DNA of 64,000 bases from Hyphochytrium catenoides. Its lineage: Eukaryota; Protista; Hyphochytriomycota. Position 1 is the first letter of the stretch. Each line of letters begins with the position of its first letter. The notes under the pieces were generated by a model. That model was not told the DNA's origin, ran no database searches, and saw only the letters and a program-made list of their open reading frames with translations. The stretch lies in NCBI GenBank assembly GCA_900088475.1, contig FLMG01004130.1, positions 1 through 64,000 of the forward strand, in the 5' to 3' direction. This document shows, piece after piece, positions 48,701 to 61,210 of the stretch. A program made the translations under genes and the position numbers.

Positions 48701-49746
48701 AAGCAACCCCAGAGATAGAGGGAGGGTAGTATGGAGACACCAGGCATCCCAGGAGGTGTATAAGGTCAGCTCGTGAGAGAATTGGAAGAGAAAGAGAGAG
48801 AAAATGAGACTAACCAATTTGCCTGATCTCTTCGAAGTCTCGCTCATAGCGCGACGTGCTTGCCAGCGCAGATAAACTGGAGACTGCGTCTACCCTATCT
48901 TCTCTGTCCGTAGCCAACGCTGTCCCATCGGTCTTCTGCTCTCTTCTCCCCCTAACACCTGATAGTGTTTCTCTCTTTCCTTCTGTATCGTTCTTCCTTT
49001 GTCCGTCATCCTTAGTCTCCTTGTCCTGCCTATGCTCCTCTCTATCTCTCTCTTCACCCGGTTGAACCCGAGCCTGTTCTAATCTTAGCCGTGATTGCAG
49101 GGAGAGAGAGAGAGATGAACCTGCAGCGTTCTTCCGGCCTCTGCCTTCTGCTAACCTGTCTCGCTCTTCTTTCTGAGGAGAAGGACGAGCAGAAACTGCT
49201 CCCTTCTTCCCAGACGATGACTCTTCGCTTGCTGCTGAGGAGACAAAGTAACCGATAAAAGGATTTCTCTTGTCCACCAGTGACGATGCCTCGCCCTCGA
49301 CCACGACATGCTTGCCCGTCACCGCGTCTGGGTTAGAGGTATGTGAGCATGTGCGTGTGTGATTGAGAGAGGGAGAGAGAAAGAGAGAGAAAGAAAGAAG
49401 TGGAGCAGCCGGCACAGGCGGCCAAGTAGAAAGACAAAGCGATTTTAACAGCAAAGAACAAAGCCTCATCGCGGCGCCCGCGCCGAAGAGAGAAAAAAAG
49501 AGAGGGAGAGAATAAGAAAGAGAGGGCAAGACACTGAATCTCAAAAGTCCGGAAGAGGCAGAAAGGAAAGAAGGAGAAATCTCAAGGGAAGGAAGAAGAG
49601 GACCCATGGGACGTACCTAGGAGCAGCGACACGACCAGAGGAGAGGGAGACACCTGATACCCTGAGGCGCCTATCCAAAGGAAGCCAACAAAGAGTGCGG
49701 CATTCCATCCAGAACGAGAGACACAAGAGTGTGTGTGTGAGTGAAA

Positions 49747-49800
<54 letters not shown>

Positions 49801-50205
49801 GGGTGGGAATAAGAAAAAAGAGGAGACACGGAGTTGGTTAGAAAGAAAGAGAGCAAAGGAACAGCGCCACAAGAACGAAGACTTGTCTCCGGCTGGTCAA
49901 ACCTCTATCTCGTTAACTTCCGCTGACTTTCTAGATCTACTACCACCTTTGCCGCCGTGTGTCTACCTGGCCGTCTCTTCCTTGCGCTCTCACTCACTCT
50001 ATCGCTTTCTTTCTCTTTCTCTCTCTCTCTGTGTCTGGCTGCGTTTACCTTCTTTCCCATGCCGGAGCCCTCTCTTTCCTCCAGGGACCTGAGAATCTTC
50101 AAAAAGATCGCCGATGAATGGACTGGCCAAGTTCTTGAATCTCTCCGCCCCGACCACCACCATCGGCTGGTTAGCCAAAGACTTCACAATGCCCGCGGAC
50201 TGCAT
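45789..50205 (-). CDS. eIF2-alpha kinase family protein (HRI/PERK/GCN2-type kinase domain with insert), multi-exon; 5' end uncertain
   Basis: SRYERDFEEIRQIG|SGGQGKVFEAVNRWDGQSYAMKKV, KVLREVQAMARI...HRNILRYHAAWIE, Ser-rich insert, LFVQMEL, IVHRDLKPDNVFL, IGDFGLAK, TTELGTYLYASPEQL and SDIFALGVILLELCCPFTTMMERVQVL. Confidence 0.85.
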
Positions 50206-50689
50206 GGCTCCAGAAACAGCAGAGAGAGAGGAAGAGAGAGAGAGAGAGAGATGGGGGGAGAGAGGGAGGAACGCGGCAGCAATTGTGCTGAAAGGTGCTG
50301 GTTCCTCTGAGTCTAGGTCCTATGCGGCGAAGAGCGAAGCAAGGGAAGAGCCTTCTCGAATCATCGCCACTCCCTGCAGTAACAGGANNNNNNNNNNNNN
50401 NNNNNNNNNNNNNNNNNNNNNNNNNNNNNNNNNNNNNNNNNNNNNNNNNNNNNNNNNNNNNNNAAAAGAGAAGAGAGAGGGAGAGGGCAAGAAAGAGGTG
50501 ATGAAAGAGAAAGGAAGGATCCGGCTTCGGAGAGCGGAAGATCGAATCCTGCAATAGAGGCCTTTAGATCTTTCTTCCTCCTTTCTCTCCTGTCTTTCTC
50601 TCTCTCCTTTTTGATGAGAGTCCGTGAAGCTTGGCGTGTTCTGAAAGTTCAAGCTCTGGTTCATCCTTTTCACATCTTCACAGCCACGT

Positions 50690-50706
50690 GCCTCTCTCTC
50701 TCTCCT

Positions 50707-50750
<44 letters not shown>

Positions 50751-50752
50751 CG

Positions 50753-50799
<47 letters not shown>

Positions 50800-51266
50800 A
50801 TTCTTTGAGTGATTGTCGTTTTGCATTTCTTTATCAGCTTCCCGTCTCTCTGTCTCCCAATGTTCTACCGCTTCTACCTCGCTCTCCCCTCATCTGTCTC
50901 TTGCTGTTGCACTCTCTGTCTTGCTGTTTTCAGTCTCTTAACCGTCCAACTCCTTCTCTCTCTCGTTCTTATCTCTCTCTCTCCCCTCGCTCTGTCTTGT
51001 GTTATGAGAATGATCAGAATCAGCGACAGTGAGACATACGATCCTGAATAATGCCATTTCAAGTTCAACTTGTACCATAATACATAACGCTGGATTCCAG
51101 ATCCATTAGCTCAGAGGGATTCTTATGGTTGGAAGAGGCAGACGAAGAGACAGAAAGAGACAGAAAGGCTTTGAAGACTTTATCGGCTGTCGTGAACAGT
51201 GAGATGGGGGTCTGGAGAGAGAGAGAGAGAGAGAGAGACACAGGGAGAGAGCGAGAGAGAGACAGG

Positions 51267-51299
<33 letters not shown>

Positions 51300-51400
51300 C
51301 GAGAGCGGGTGAGAGAGAGAGAGAGGAGCGAGCGAGAGGAGAGAGGGAGAGAGAAAGAGAGCGAGAGAGAGAGAGAGAGAGAAACAGAGGAGGAGAAGGA
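50690..51400. repeat. (CT)n (50690-50800) and (GA)/(GAGAGC)n (51215-51400) microsatellites between divergent genes
   Basis: Direct inspection. Confidence 0.9.
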
Positions 51401-51516
51401 AGAACAGAGGTAGAGAAAGGGCAAAAGAGAGAGCGGGAGAGAGAGAAAAGAAAACGCACAGATGGAGGAAGCAGGAGGGTGATAACTACAGTGTCGCACT
51501 GTCTTATTCCTCCAGC

Positions 51517-54500
51517 ATGCCTGCCCAAGTCCACGCTCCATCCTCCTTCAACGAAGAGAGCGAGGGAGATAGAGACTCAGAAAGAGAAAGAGAGAGAGAA
51601 CCGAAGGGAGAGAGAATTGAAGAGACACAAAGAGAGAGAGGAGCTTGGAGAGAAAGAGACTGTGAGTTAGGTCACAAAGAGAAAGCACTGACTGACGCTG
51701 TGGCTAAGGCTGCTATCGCCTGCTATGAAGAGGTGGTTCCTGCCAGGTGTCAGCCGAAAGGAGGAGAGTGGACGGTGCTAGCCGCCATCGTTGCCGTGAG
51801 AGAGAGAGACGAAGAGAGAGAGAGACAACAGAATGGTTCAGGAGAGAAAGAGATGGTCGTTCTCTCTCTTGGGACAGGCACAAAGTGCCTTGGGATATCC
51901 TCAAAGAGGCGAGACGGCTCGGTGCTCAATGACTCTCACGCGGAGGTCATCGCTTGTAGGGCCTTCAGAAGGTACGCCACGTTTAGAGAATAGGAGAGAA
52001 ATAACGAGAGAGCGAGAGAGAGCGAGGGAGAGAAAGAGGCAGAGAGCGTCCACTGTGCGTCCGAAAGGAATGAACAATGGAGAGACAAGGGGAGAGTGCG
52101 AAGGGAGACAGAGATGGTGAGATTAGAAAGAGAGAGAAGAGAGACAGAGAGTGGAGAAGTGGTTGGACCTCAACAAAGCGAGAAAGAGAGAGGAAGGATG
52201 AAACTGAGAGAACACAGTGGTACGGACCCATAGGTGGATAGGACATTTAGAAAGAGAGGAAAGAAGGAGAGAGACAGAGAAACAAAGACAGACTGCGAAG
52301 GGAGAAGGATAAAATCACCAGGTTGCTAAGTGTCCGCGCTGCTCTAGGCTCCTCTTTCAAGAGGTTCACAATCACATAGAAGACGCGGTAAAGAACGAAG
52401 CTCACGGAGCAGAGAGAGAAGAGAGAGAGCATTGGGGACAAACTCCAACGGCTTTTTCTCTTCTTGAAACTGCAGACAAGGTTGGAGACCGTCTCTTCTT
52501 TCGTCTTAGAAAAGAAGTGAAGCTCTATCTTTACATTAGCGATGCGCCCTGTGGCGATGCTTCCATTTATGGCCTGAGTGGCCCGATGCAGAGCAGGTGA
52601 GATAGACACAAACCTCATGAAAGAGAAAGAGAGAGACAGGAGTTCAAAGAGACGAAGTCACAAGAAAGTTAGAGGAGAGAAAGACAGTCGAAGAAAGATA
52701 TATGACGCCTTTTGAGAAAAAGAGAGTAGATAGATAGATAGATAGAGAGAGAGGTAATGAGAGAGAGAGAGAGAGAGAAAGAAAGAGAAGAAGCCTCGGT
52801 AAGAAGAGAAAATTGCTTCATTCCTGACTTTAGTTGTTTACGTTTTCCGCTTAGTACCGCCGTCCAGTCCCTGCCGCCAGAGATGAAGTTCACGGGGGCC
52901 AAAGTCGTGGTACCAGGAGAGAAAAAGCTCTCTCTCTCCTCCCCTTCTCTCTCAACGGCTGCTCAGGGGCTGCAGATAACCCGCGAGGGGGTTCAGACCA
53001 CAGGCATAGCAAGAATCAAGGCCAGCAGGAGTGATCTCAGGCCAGAGCAGAGGACCACATCCATGTCCTGCAGTGACAAGATAGCGCTGTAAGTCTCCCG
53101 AGTCCTCTCGGGGGCTTAAGCTTCTCTCTGTCTCTCTCTTTTCCTGGTTCTTCTCTCTCTCTCTTTCTTCCGCCTTCTTCTCTTTCTTCCCACGGGTTGT
53201 CCTTCTATACATCTTCCGCAACCCTAATTATGCTGACCTGCATATATCTCCTCGAAGCCCGAAAACCCTTAGTCTCCTTTGGGACACCATCTCGTTTTCT
53301 CTCCCTCTGACTTCCTTTCTCTTTCCTACCGAGTCTGAAGTGCGAGCCAGATGCCCTGCTCTCTTCTCTCTCTCGTCCTGTCACTCTTTTTCTCTCTCTC
53401 TCTACTATCTCGGTAACTCTTCGTCCACTATTCACTCGTATGTCCACACAGCACCATTTCCCTCACTCTCTCTCTCCGCCTCCGCTATCTGTGGTTGTCT
53501 CTCTCTCTTTCTCTGTGTCAGATGGTCCGTCGTGGGTCTTCAGGGTGCCCTCCTCTCTCAGTTCGTAGCTCCTGTTTACTTGCACGGCGTCATCGTCAGC
53601 CAAGATCCTTTAGCAGCTTCTGAAGCCATGGAGACTGCACTAGAGAGAGCGCTGATCAAGCGCCTCACTCCCTCTTCCTTCTCAGAAGAGAACCAAAAAG
53701 ACCTCTGGGCTTCACTCTCTCCCACTCTCTCTCATGTAGCTGTGTCCTCGCACATGTTCCTGAGCTCTAAGGCGCTCATCACTCGAGATGACGATATGGA
53801 AATGAACAAGGAAGAGACAGGAAAGAAAAGAAAGAAGTTCTTTCCTTCAGGTGCCTCTATCAATTGGATCTCTTCTCTCTCTAACTGCCGCTCCTCGCCC
53901 CTCGCTGACGGTAACAAAAGAAGAAAAGTTGACACTCTCCCCCGTCTTGAGGTGACAAGTGGCTCTATTGGGCTGAAGCAGGTCAGTTTGAATGATCGAG
54001 GCACTCTACTCGCTCAAGAAAAGCATACACTTTCTATGCTTTACATCCTTCTTCTCACTAATCCTGGACCTCTCTCTCTCTCTCTCTGTCTCAACCTCTA
54101 CCTTCCTTTCCTTTTTCTCTGAGGCAGTCTTCTGTTCCTATTCGAACGCCAGTACACTTCTAACCTCTCTTTCTTGCTTTAGTTAATTGCTCTGATCTCA
54201 GTCACCTGCATCCTTGATACCTTTGTCTCTCTCATATCTTGCCGTATCCATCGATTGTTTGTTGTCAGGGAGCAAGCAAACAGTCCACGGGACTGTCAGT
54301 CCAGTCTCGGCTGTGCAAAGCTTCCTTTCTTCGCCTCTACAATGAGCTTCTGTCTCTCCTAAACCCAGAGGGGGAAGAAGCGAAGAGCAAGAGCCCCAGA
54401 GAGGAGAAGACAAAGGGTGGAAAGACATACAGAGAAAGGAAAGAAGCGGCTCAGCGGCACTATCGGGAGAGAAAGGCGATGGCGCTTGAGCTATTTCCTG

Positions 54501-54565
54501 CTTTTCAGGGCTGGTGCCGCTCCTCTGCTGAATATGAGCAGTTCACCAAAAGATCACCAGAATGA
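51517..54565 (+). CDS. ADAT1: tRNA-specific adenosine deaminase 1 (ADAT1/Tad1), multi-exon
   Basis: EWTVLAAIV, VLSLGTGTKCLG, VLNDSHAEVIACRAF, LYISDAPCGDASIY, TGAK, SMSCSDKIALWSVVGLQGALLS, SINW, QSRLCKASF and TYRERKEAA...W. No dsRBD seen, so ADAT1 rather than ADAR. Confidence 0.9.
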
Positions 54566-57500
54566 GGTTCTTGTTGGTCTCTCTTTCTGCCTTCCTCTCT
54601 CACTGTTGGGCGCTATCTCTTCCGTGGGCGTGTCTCTTCCGTCAGCTTCTCTCGGGACTTTGGAACCTACGAGGTCAAAGGAAGCTTTTGCCCTACTTCA
54701 CAGCAAAAGGCAAGCTATCCTGAGATTGTAGGCACTCTCTCCCTTAGTCTCTCCTCAAGAGCAGGTGGTAGGAGGAAAGAAGAAGAAACAGAAGCTCCTC
54801 TCTGTCCACATGTCCCCTCGCTATCCATTTATCTCTTTCTTCTACGTTCTTTGTTCTCTTTATCCGTCTTCATTCCCCCTTCTTCTCTGTCCATTCATCC
54901 TCTCCATGCTGCCTTTCTCTCTCTTCCTCCCTCTCCTTTCTCTCTTTCGGTAGGTGTTATTTATGAGAGAGATGTCGGTCTTTGATTCTTTGTTACTCTC
55001 CTGGGCTCCTCTGCCCGACTGGGTGTGGGCAGCTGTGGTCCCGTGCGGATGATGGTCGTTATCCCTCCAAGACCCATGGATAGCTTACTTCCTCTATCCG
55101 CTCTTGGAAGTCATACTTCAACAATTTCTCCACACCAAGCGCCCCTCTCACTCTCTCCTCTCTCTCCCACACTCTCTCTGTGTGTGTGTCTACGTTCCTG
55201 CTCTTTCTTTCCCTCACTCAATGCTCTTTTCCGTCCTCTTTCTCCTCCAACGACGGCCTTGCCTGTCTACTCTCCAGCTTTCTCTCGTAACTGTCTCTCC
55301 GTTGCGTCTTTCTCCAGGAATGTGGGTCACTCTCTTCCATCGTAGGGATTACCTTTCTGTAGGTCAAACCAGTGCGGTGACCACAGTTCTACGGGCTCTC
55401 ATCTACTGCTCCAGCGTCCACAGGGCTGCCACATTCTCCTTGACTCTCTCCAAGAAGTACTGACGGAGAAAGGAAGGCTAGAAAGGAGGTGAAGACGGGA
55501 GAGACTGAGAACGCCAGAAGAAGAAGAGAGAGAGAGAGAGGAGACGCCAATTGGCTTTCGTCGGGCCCTTGCAGCTATCTTTCGCACCCTCTTCCCCCGT
55601 CTCTCGGGTCATGAGCGACCAACAAGAAGTGCTGGTAGTCCATGATCACTGCGACCTACAGCAGAGAAAGGACATAAAAGATCAGCAATCTGCAGTTACG
55701 AAGCAGCACCAGTTCTGCTTGAAGAAGAATACACAGAGAGAGCAACGAGAAGACTGTGGATCTCAAGAGAGAGAGAGAGTGTGCGCGTGTGAGAGAGCAA
55801 CTATGACAGGAAATAAGGTTTCTGTAGTCTAACTGACTGGCAATGGGAACCTGCGCTGCACCTCCAGAGAGAGAAGATGTGAATGCATCCAAAAGGGCTC
55901 TGAGGCTCTTTTCCTAGATGGAGGAGATATGAATGATGATGATAGATGATAGGACAGAGAGAGAACAAAGGGAGATAGATTGACAATCAAAGGGGAGAAG
56001 AAGAGATAGGGGAGAGAGAGAGCTGTAAGAGAGAGAAGAGAGAGAGAGAGGGAAAGAGAGAGGTAGGAAAGAGAGAAGAGTGAGAGAGAGAGAGAGAGAG
56101 ACAGGAGAGAGAGATGATGCTTCTTGTTCATGGAAGATGACCAATAGGTTTCAATCTTCGATAGCTTCACATCGGCTCAATTGTTTCATAGCGATATAAC
56201 CTTGCATTCTATTTCTTTCTTTTCCTTCAGTGAAATGTATCCATCAGCCATCAGAGATAGGAATCCTTAAATGCCGAGCTCACTCTCTTTCTCTGCTGGT
56301 TCTCCTTTCTCTTTTCATCTCTCTCTCTCTCTCTCTCTCGCCTTTTCTCTTTCTCAGGCTTTCTCCCATCCTGTCACTTTCTCTCTCTTTCTCTGTTNNN
56401 NNNNNNNNNNNNNNNNNNNNNNNNNNNNNNNNNNNNNNNNNNNNNNNNNNNNNNNNNNNNNNNNNNNNNNNNNNNNNNNNCACTATCTTTCTCTCTCCAA
56501 CGTCGTAGATGCAGAGAGATATTGCAGTTGAAGAACTGCTGAAAGATGTCCAAACCCGTGCAATGTCTTCCCACGTCTTTAAGGTATGTCCAAGGATATT
56601 CCTATCTAGTTTCTTCACTCTCCGTCGTTCCCTTGTGATCTCTCTCTCTCTCCCTACCTTTGTCTGTTGGCCTATAAAGTTAGAAGCTTTTAGCGAGATA
56701 GAAAGTGAGAGACCAGTGACTCTCTTCTCTTCTTATCCATTGTCCCACCCCATGGATCTTCATTACTGGGAAGGTCTCTCTCTCTCTGTGTGTCTCTCTC
56801 TTCCTCCTTCTCTCTGTCTATTCCTGTCTCTGTCTATCTGTCTCTCAATCTCTCTCTCTCATCTTGGGGTGATGCATAGTATCTCGCCGTGTCACAGTTG
56901 ATGCAAAGTCCAAAGCGCTTCTGCCTCAACGAACAGGACAGTTGCAGGGAGAGATGACGAGGAACCATGTTGATGCTTTTAGCCACAATCTCTCTCTCTC
57001 TGTCTCTCTCTCTCTCTCTGTCTCCCTTTTCTCTAGCCCCTCTTCAGTCGCTCTCTCCCTCAATCTCTCTAAATCTTTTGTTCTTGGCCTTTCTCCTCCC
57101 TGGCTCTTCTTCTCCCTTCAGTTCCCTCCTGTTCAGTCCGTTGTGGTTCCCACCCCGATCATCTGACGCTTCCATGACAGCGCGAATGGAGATTCTGCTG
57201 TCTGATGACGCGGGCGACGAGAGCCGCAGACCGATCCAGAGAGAAGNNNNNNNNNNNNNNNNNNNNNNNNNNNNNNNNNNNNNNNNNNNNNNNNNNNNNN
57301 NNNNNNNNNNNNNNTTCTCCTCCTTTTACTTCTCTCTCTCTCTCGCTCATCTCTCTCTTCTCTATTCCTCTTGATCCCTCATGTGCCTTTCCACTATAAA
57401 TCTTGAGATCTTGGAACACTCTGTCTCTTTTCTCTCCCAACAACTGCGATTGGGAAGAGAAGAAGGCTAGCTTCAATCAGTCATTTCCTTATTTTCCAGG

Positions 57501-57607
57501 TCCAGACAACTCTTTCCTCCTCCCCCACAAACGGAGACTCTCTTCTGCTGTCAAGAGACGGAGAAGCAGAAGCGGAAAATCTACACGCGCTATCACCTCG
57601 CGGCAAG

Positions 57608-58681
57608 ATGACGGCCTACCGCCAGACAGAAGACGAGGCTCGGCCCCTCCATCGCCAAGAAGTTAGCCTGGAGGAAGGAGAGAGAGTCCAGGGAAACAAG
57701 AGCACTGTGTCTCTTTCTCGCCGCCGCTCTTCCGTCCTTCAAGCTGGCGCCTTGTTGGTTGCGTGCTTTGTGGCAGTAGCGCTCTACGTTGGCACATCCT
57801 TCTCTGCTTCCTCTTCCGTTATCTCTTCCTCCTCCACTGCTCTGACCAGCAGCAGCCACCGCCATCTCGGTCTCTTCCCCAGCTTTGAGTTCCCTAAGAT
57901 CCTTCCTGATCCTGTTATTAACGATGTGAAGGTCATCTCAGGGACGAAAGACACGCTGACTGTTCTCTCTCCTACCACCATGAAGAGTCCTCTCCCTTTC
58001 CCCATCCCATTGTTCGGCAAGGACCTCATCTTTGACATTCTCTATGACGGTGTCAAGGTAGGAAATGGCAGAATCCCTGACTTCGTACTCAAGGCCGGCT
58101 CCTTCGACGTGGACGCAACAGTGGAGATGTCTCCCTCTTTGGCAGAAGAGAGGGAGAAAGTGGACGAAGTGCTCGAGAGACACGCCAACCGGCTGCCTTC
58201 TAACATTACTATGGCAAATCTCCGCACTGATCCGCCTTCTCTTCTTCTCAATGGCGCTCTGAAGCTTCTCAAGCTCAACTCTGTCTTGCCTCCGCTTAGC
58301 GAGCTTCTCATCAGGAAGATTAATATGCAGATTTCCTTCAGTAGCCTGCCCAAGGTGCCTACCTCTGTCGACATGTTCAACCCCTTCGATGTCCCGATCA
58401 CCATCACTTACCTGGCAAGCAATGTCTCAGCCAAGGGATCGCCTATTGGAGCGCTAGCGCAGGAGACAAACATTCTTCTACCTCCAAAGCAGGTCTCTAC
58501 TTCTCCTGCCATGGATGCGACGGCTGTCTTGAGCGGAAATGCAATCAATATCATCGCTCAGCTGGCCGCGGGCAAGCTGAATGTCACTGTGGCCTCAGAG
58601 ATGAAGCTGAAGGTGCAGGAGTTCCCAACTTCCATGACATACCCTCAGGACAACGTACCTGTGGCTGTAAAGATGGGCTAG
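57608..58681 (+). CDS. Type II membrane protein with tandem LEA2/DUF3712-like beta domains, intronless
   Basis: 357-aa ORF with one TM segment (GALLVACFVAVALYVG), a Ser-rich stalk and an HRHL site. Two related beta-rich units (MKSPLPFPIPLF...FDILYDGVKVG; MFNPFDVPITIT...NVSAKGSPIG) carry the NPFxxxI motif of LEA2/DUF3712-like folds. Confidence 0.6.
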   Translation: MTAYRQTEDEARPLHRQEVSLEEGERVQGNKSTVSLSRRRSSVLQAGALLVACFVAVALYVGTSFSASSSVISSSSTALTSSSHRHLGLFPSFEFPKILPDPVINDVKVISGTKDTLTVLSPTTMKSPLPFPIPLFGKDLIFDILYDGVKVGNGRIPDFVLKAGSFDVDATVEMSPSLAEEREKVDEVLERHANRLPSNITMANLRTDPPSLLLNGALKLLKLNSVLPPLSELLIRKINMQISFSSLPKVPTSVDMFNPFDVPITITYLASNVSAKGSPIGALAQETNILLPPKQVSTSPAMDATAVLSGNAINIIAQLAAGKLNVTVASEMKLKVQEFPTSMTYPQDNVPVAVKMG

Positions 58682-59629
58682 ACTGCTCTTTCTCTCCCTC
58701 TCTCTCTCTCAACATTTTCTCTCTGCTCTCAACGTCGCCTGTTGTCGTCTTCCGTTTTTCTAAAGAATTAATAAGTGAATGAGAATTATTCGTCTGTATG
58801 CACCCTTGCTCGCTGGTCAGTCCCTAGAGGTTGACCTGTGTGGTTATCCAGTTCATGTGTGGGTCTGGTGCTGTTGGTGTCAGGACTCCTCTTTCTCTGC
58901 TTCAGACATGAGTGAGTTGCGGCACCGCCAAAGTCTTCTCACTTTATAAAGAATATGCGGGAGAGGAGGTGATGGTAGGATGGTGGTTAGCGTCAAAAGA
59001 GTGCGCTGCTTAGGGTTAGTTGCGTCTAATGGTCTGACGGATGGATGAAGAAGAAGGAGGACTTTGCAAGAGGATTGGGGTTTATGGACAAGTGGATGCT
59101 AATGTATACATATCTGTATGCTTCTGTCCTCGGGGCTGTGACACCTTCTTCTCTTTCTTCTTCTTATGACTCCCACCAGCTCTCCCAACCTCCAGATTCA
59201 TCTTGTCCCAAGACTATGCGACTGTTTGTATCGAGTTCTTGTCCTTTCGCTCTTCTCCTGGTCGGTGCGCAGTGAACGCAGATGCGGGAACGCTAGGGCA
59301 TGAGTACCTGCAGCCGAAGTCTTCATTTCCTCCTTTAGTTGCGACAAAACTGCAGGACAGAGCACTTCTCTGTCTCTATATATCCGCACACAGACAGATG
59401 CTGTCAGTAGTAGGCCGATGACTACCTAGCCTATCTAGCTACGAATCCCGGATGAGTAACCGTGGGTCAAGGATAAGCTAAGGAGTCGGATGACAAGTCA
59501 CCGCTACCTTACATTTTCTAGGTTGATACGAGGCGTTGATAGTGGAGGACGACTAACAAGGTAACAGCTAAGAAGCTGGATCTCCTCCAGGCGTGCTGAG
59601 ACCACTGCTGCAGTGGTAGGAAGAGGAGC

Positions 59630-60060
59630 AATGCCATCTTCATTTACCTTTAGGTAAGGCTTGAGGTGCTTCACGTGCACCGGTACTTGGCGTTACTCTT
59701 GTTGATTGAACTCTGTTGCCAGTACGCCATAAGCTCCCTCATCGGCTAGAAGACGGAAGCATAGCCGCTTGGTCCATTCCTCACTACCTCATAAGGACCA
59801 TGCCATAGAGTGCCAAGCTTTAGAGGATGCTTCCAACGTAGTGATAATGTCCTTTAGCCTCTCGCCAAATGGATATAACTGACACCACCTTGCGACGGTT
59901 GAACTGATCCTTCAGGTCTGGATACATAGCTGGCAGCCAAAACCTTGTCCTCAACTTGTCTTAGCTCTTCTTCAGCCCTAAGTGTCCGCCTACATAGGGA
60001 GCATCACGAAGCTTCTTGATTTGCATAGGACGAAGAATAGCCGGATATAGAGCCTCAGTC
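59630..60060 (-). mobile_element. Decayed Ty3/gypsy integrase fragments
   Basis: Minus strand KLRDAPYVGGHLGLKKS*DKLRTRFWLPAMYPDLKD (integrase zinc-binding region) and VHVKHLKPYL (integrase C-terminal motif). Confidence 0.75.
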
Positions 60061-60459
60061 TCCCCCTCACTGGGTAAGTGACAGAGATTGATTGCTGTCG
60101 CCACATCGTTAGTCGTTAATGGTGCCTCAGCGGCGTTGAAGGAGAGTGAGAGTGAGATGGGGAGAAGAGAGGTGCCGCCGCTCCTGCTACGGCCGCCACC
60201 GTAGCGCTGCTTTTGCCGCCTCTAGGTTAAAGATCCCCACCATCATTCGTTTCCCCCCCCGTAACAGAACTGCCTGATGAGGTAAGGAGCGCAGTTGACC
60301 TTTCAGCTCCAGCGTCAAAGTTCGGCTAGCGGGTGCAGTGAACGGGAAGGAGGAGGTTCATTAGCGTCAGTGCTATCTTTAGTCTCTCCCATAAGGTCAT
60401 CATGCTGTATGGCTTTGGCACGCTTGAGTCGAAGTCTAGGTCTAGGGCACACGGTCTGA

Positions 60460-61210
60460 CAGAGATGCCGGCTTATTCACCACTATGGACCTAGACATAC
60501 CTAGTCGAGGATTTCTCTCAGGTTCCGATCAGCCAGAAGGAAGGAGAGACGTTTTCATTTGTGACCAGAGACGGAGTGTATAGATCCGTCAGATTGCCAC
60601 AAGGAGCTAACATTAGTCCCAACGATCATGGACATCACCTTCAACGGGATCCGATTCCAGCTCGTGATCTGTTACATCGAGGATGTCCTTACCTACTCTA
60701 CGCTCCTCGAGGAGCACGTAGCACACGTGAGGACCGTAGTGGAGAGGCTGCGGGCCGCTGGCCTTAAGGTGAGGCTTGCCCAGCGCCTTCGCCCCAAAGC
60801 ACGGTGAAGTATGTAGGCCATGTCGTCTTCAAGGAAGGTTGCAACCTTAAAACGATAAGGTCGATCCTGACAGATCAGACCTTCCTGGGAAATGGTTGGC
60901 TAGTATCGCCGATTTGTTCTGCTTGAAGAGAGATTCGTAAGCCTCTTATGGAGCTGCTGAAGAAGGAGGTGAACTTCGTGTGGACAGACAAGTGTCAGCA
61001 AGCCTTTGACGCGCTCAAGCGGGCTCTAGCCACGTCACCATATCTACGAGCACCAGAAAGTGATCGACAGTTCATAGTACACATGGATGGCAGCAAGTAC
61101 GCAATCGCTGCAGTGCGATCACAGCTGGACGAAGACGGCGAAGAGCATCCTATCGGATTCTATTCGAAGGCACTCTCAACGCTATACGGCACCACCGAAA
61201 GGCAGCAAAG
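60460..61210 (+). mobile_element. Decayed Ty3/gypsy reverse transcriptase-RNase H fragment
   Basis: Frameshifted LFTTMDL...FSFVTRDGVYRSVRLPQGANISP...VICYIEDVLTYS...EEHVAHVRTVVERLRAAGLK...VKYVGHVV, then LLKKEVNFVWTDKCQQAFDALKRALATSPYLRAP...FIVHMDGSKYAIAAV...HPIGFYSK. Confidence 0.9.

Noticed and set aside
54940-56960. Possible exon fragments on + (e.g. 55362-55489; 56509-56583 MQRDIAVEELLKDVQTRAMSSHVFK)
   Set aside because: Plausible splice sites, but I could not join them into a consistent ORF or recognise a family, and a gap intervenes.
31379-57476. Numerous 60-170 aa ORFs of (SL)n or (RE)n composition
   Set aside because: Translations of (CT)/(GA) microsatellites and N gaps, not genes.
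59010-59020. TTAGGGTTAG telomere-like word
   Set aside because: Fewer than two units; expected by chance.
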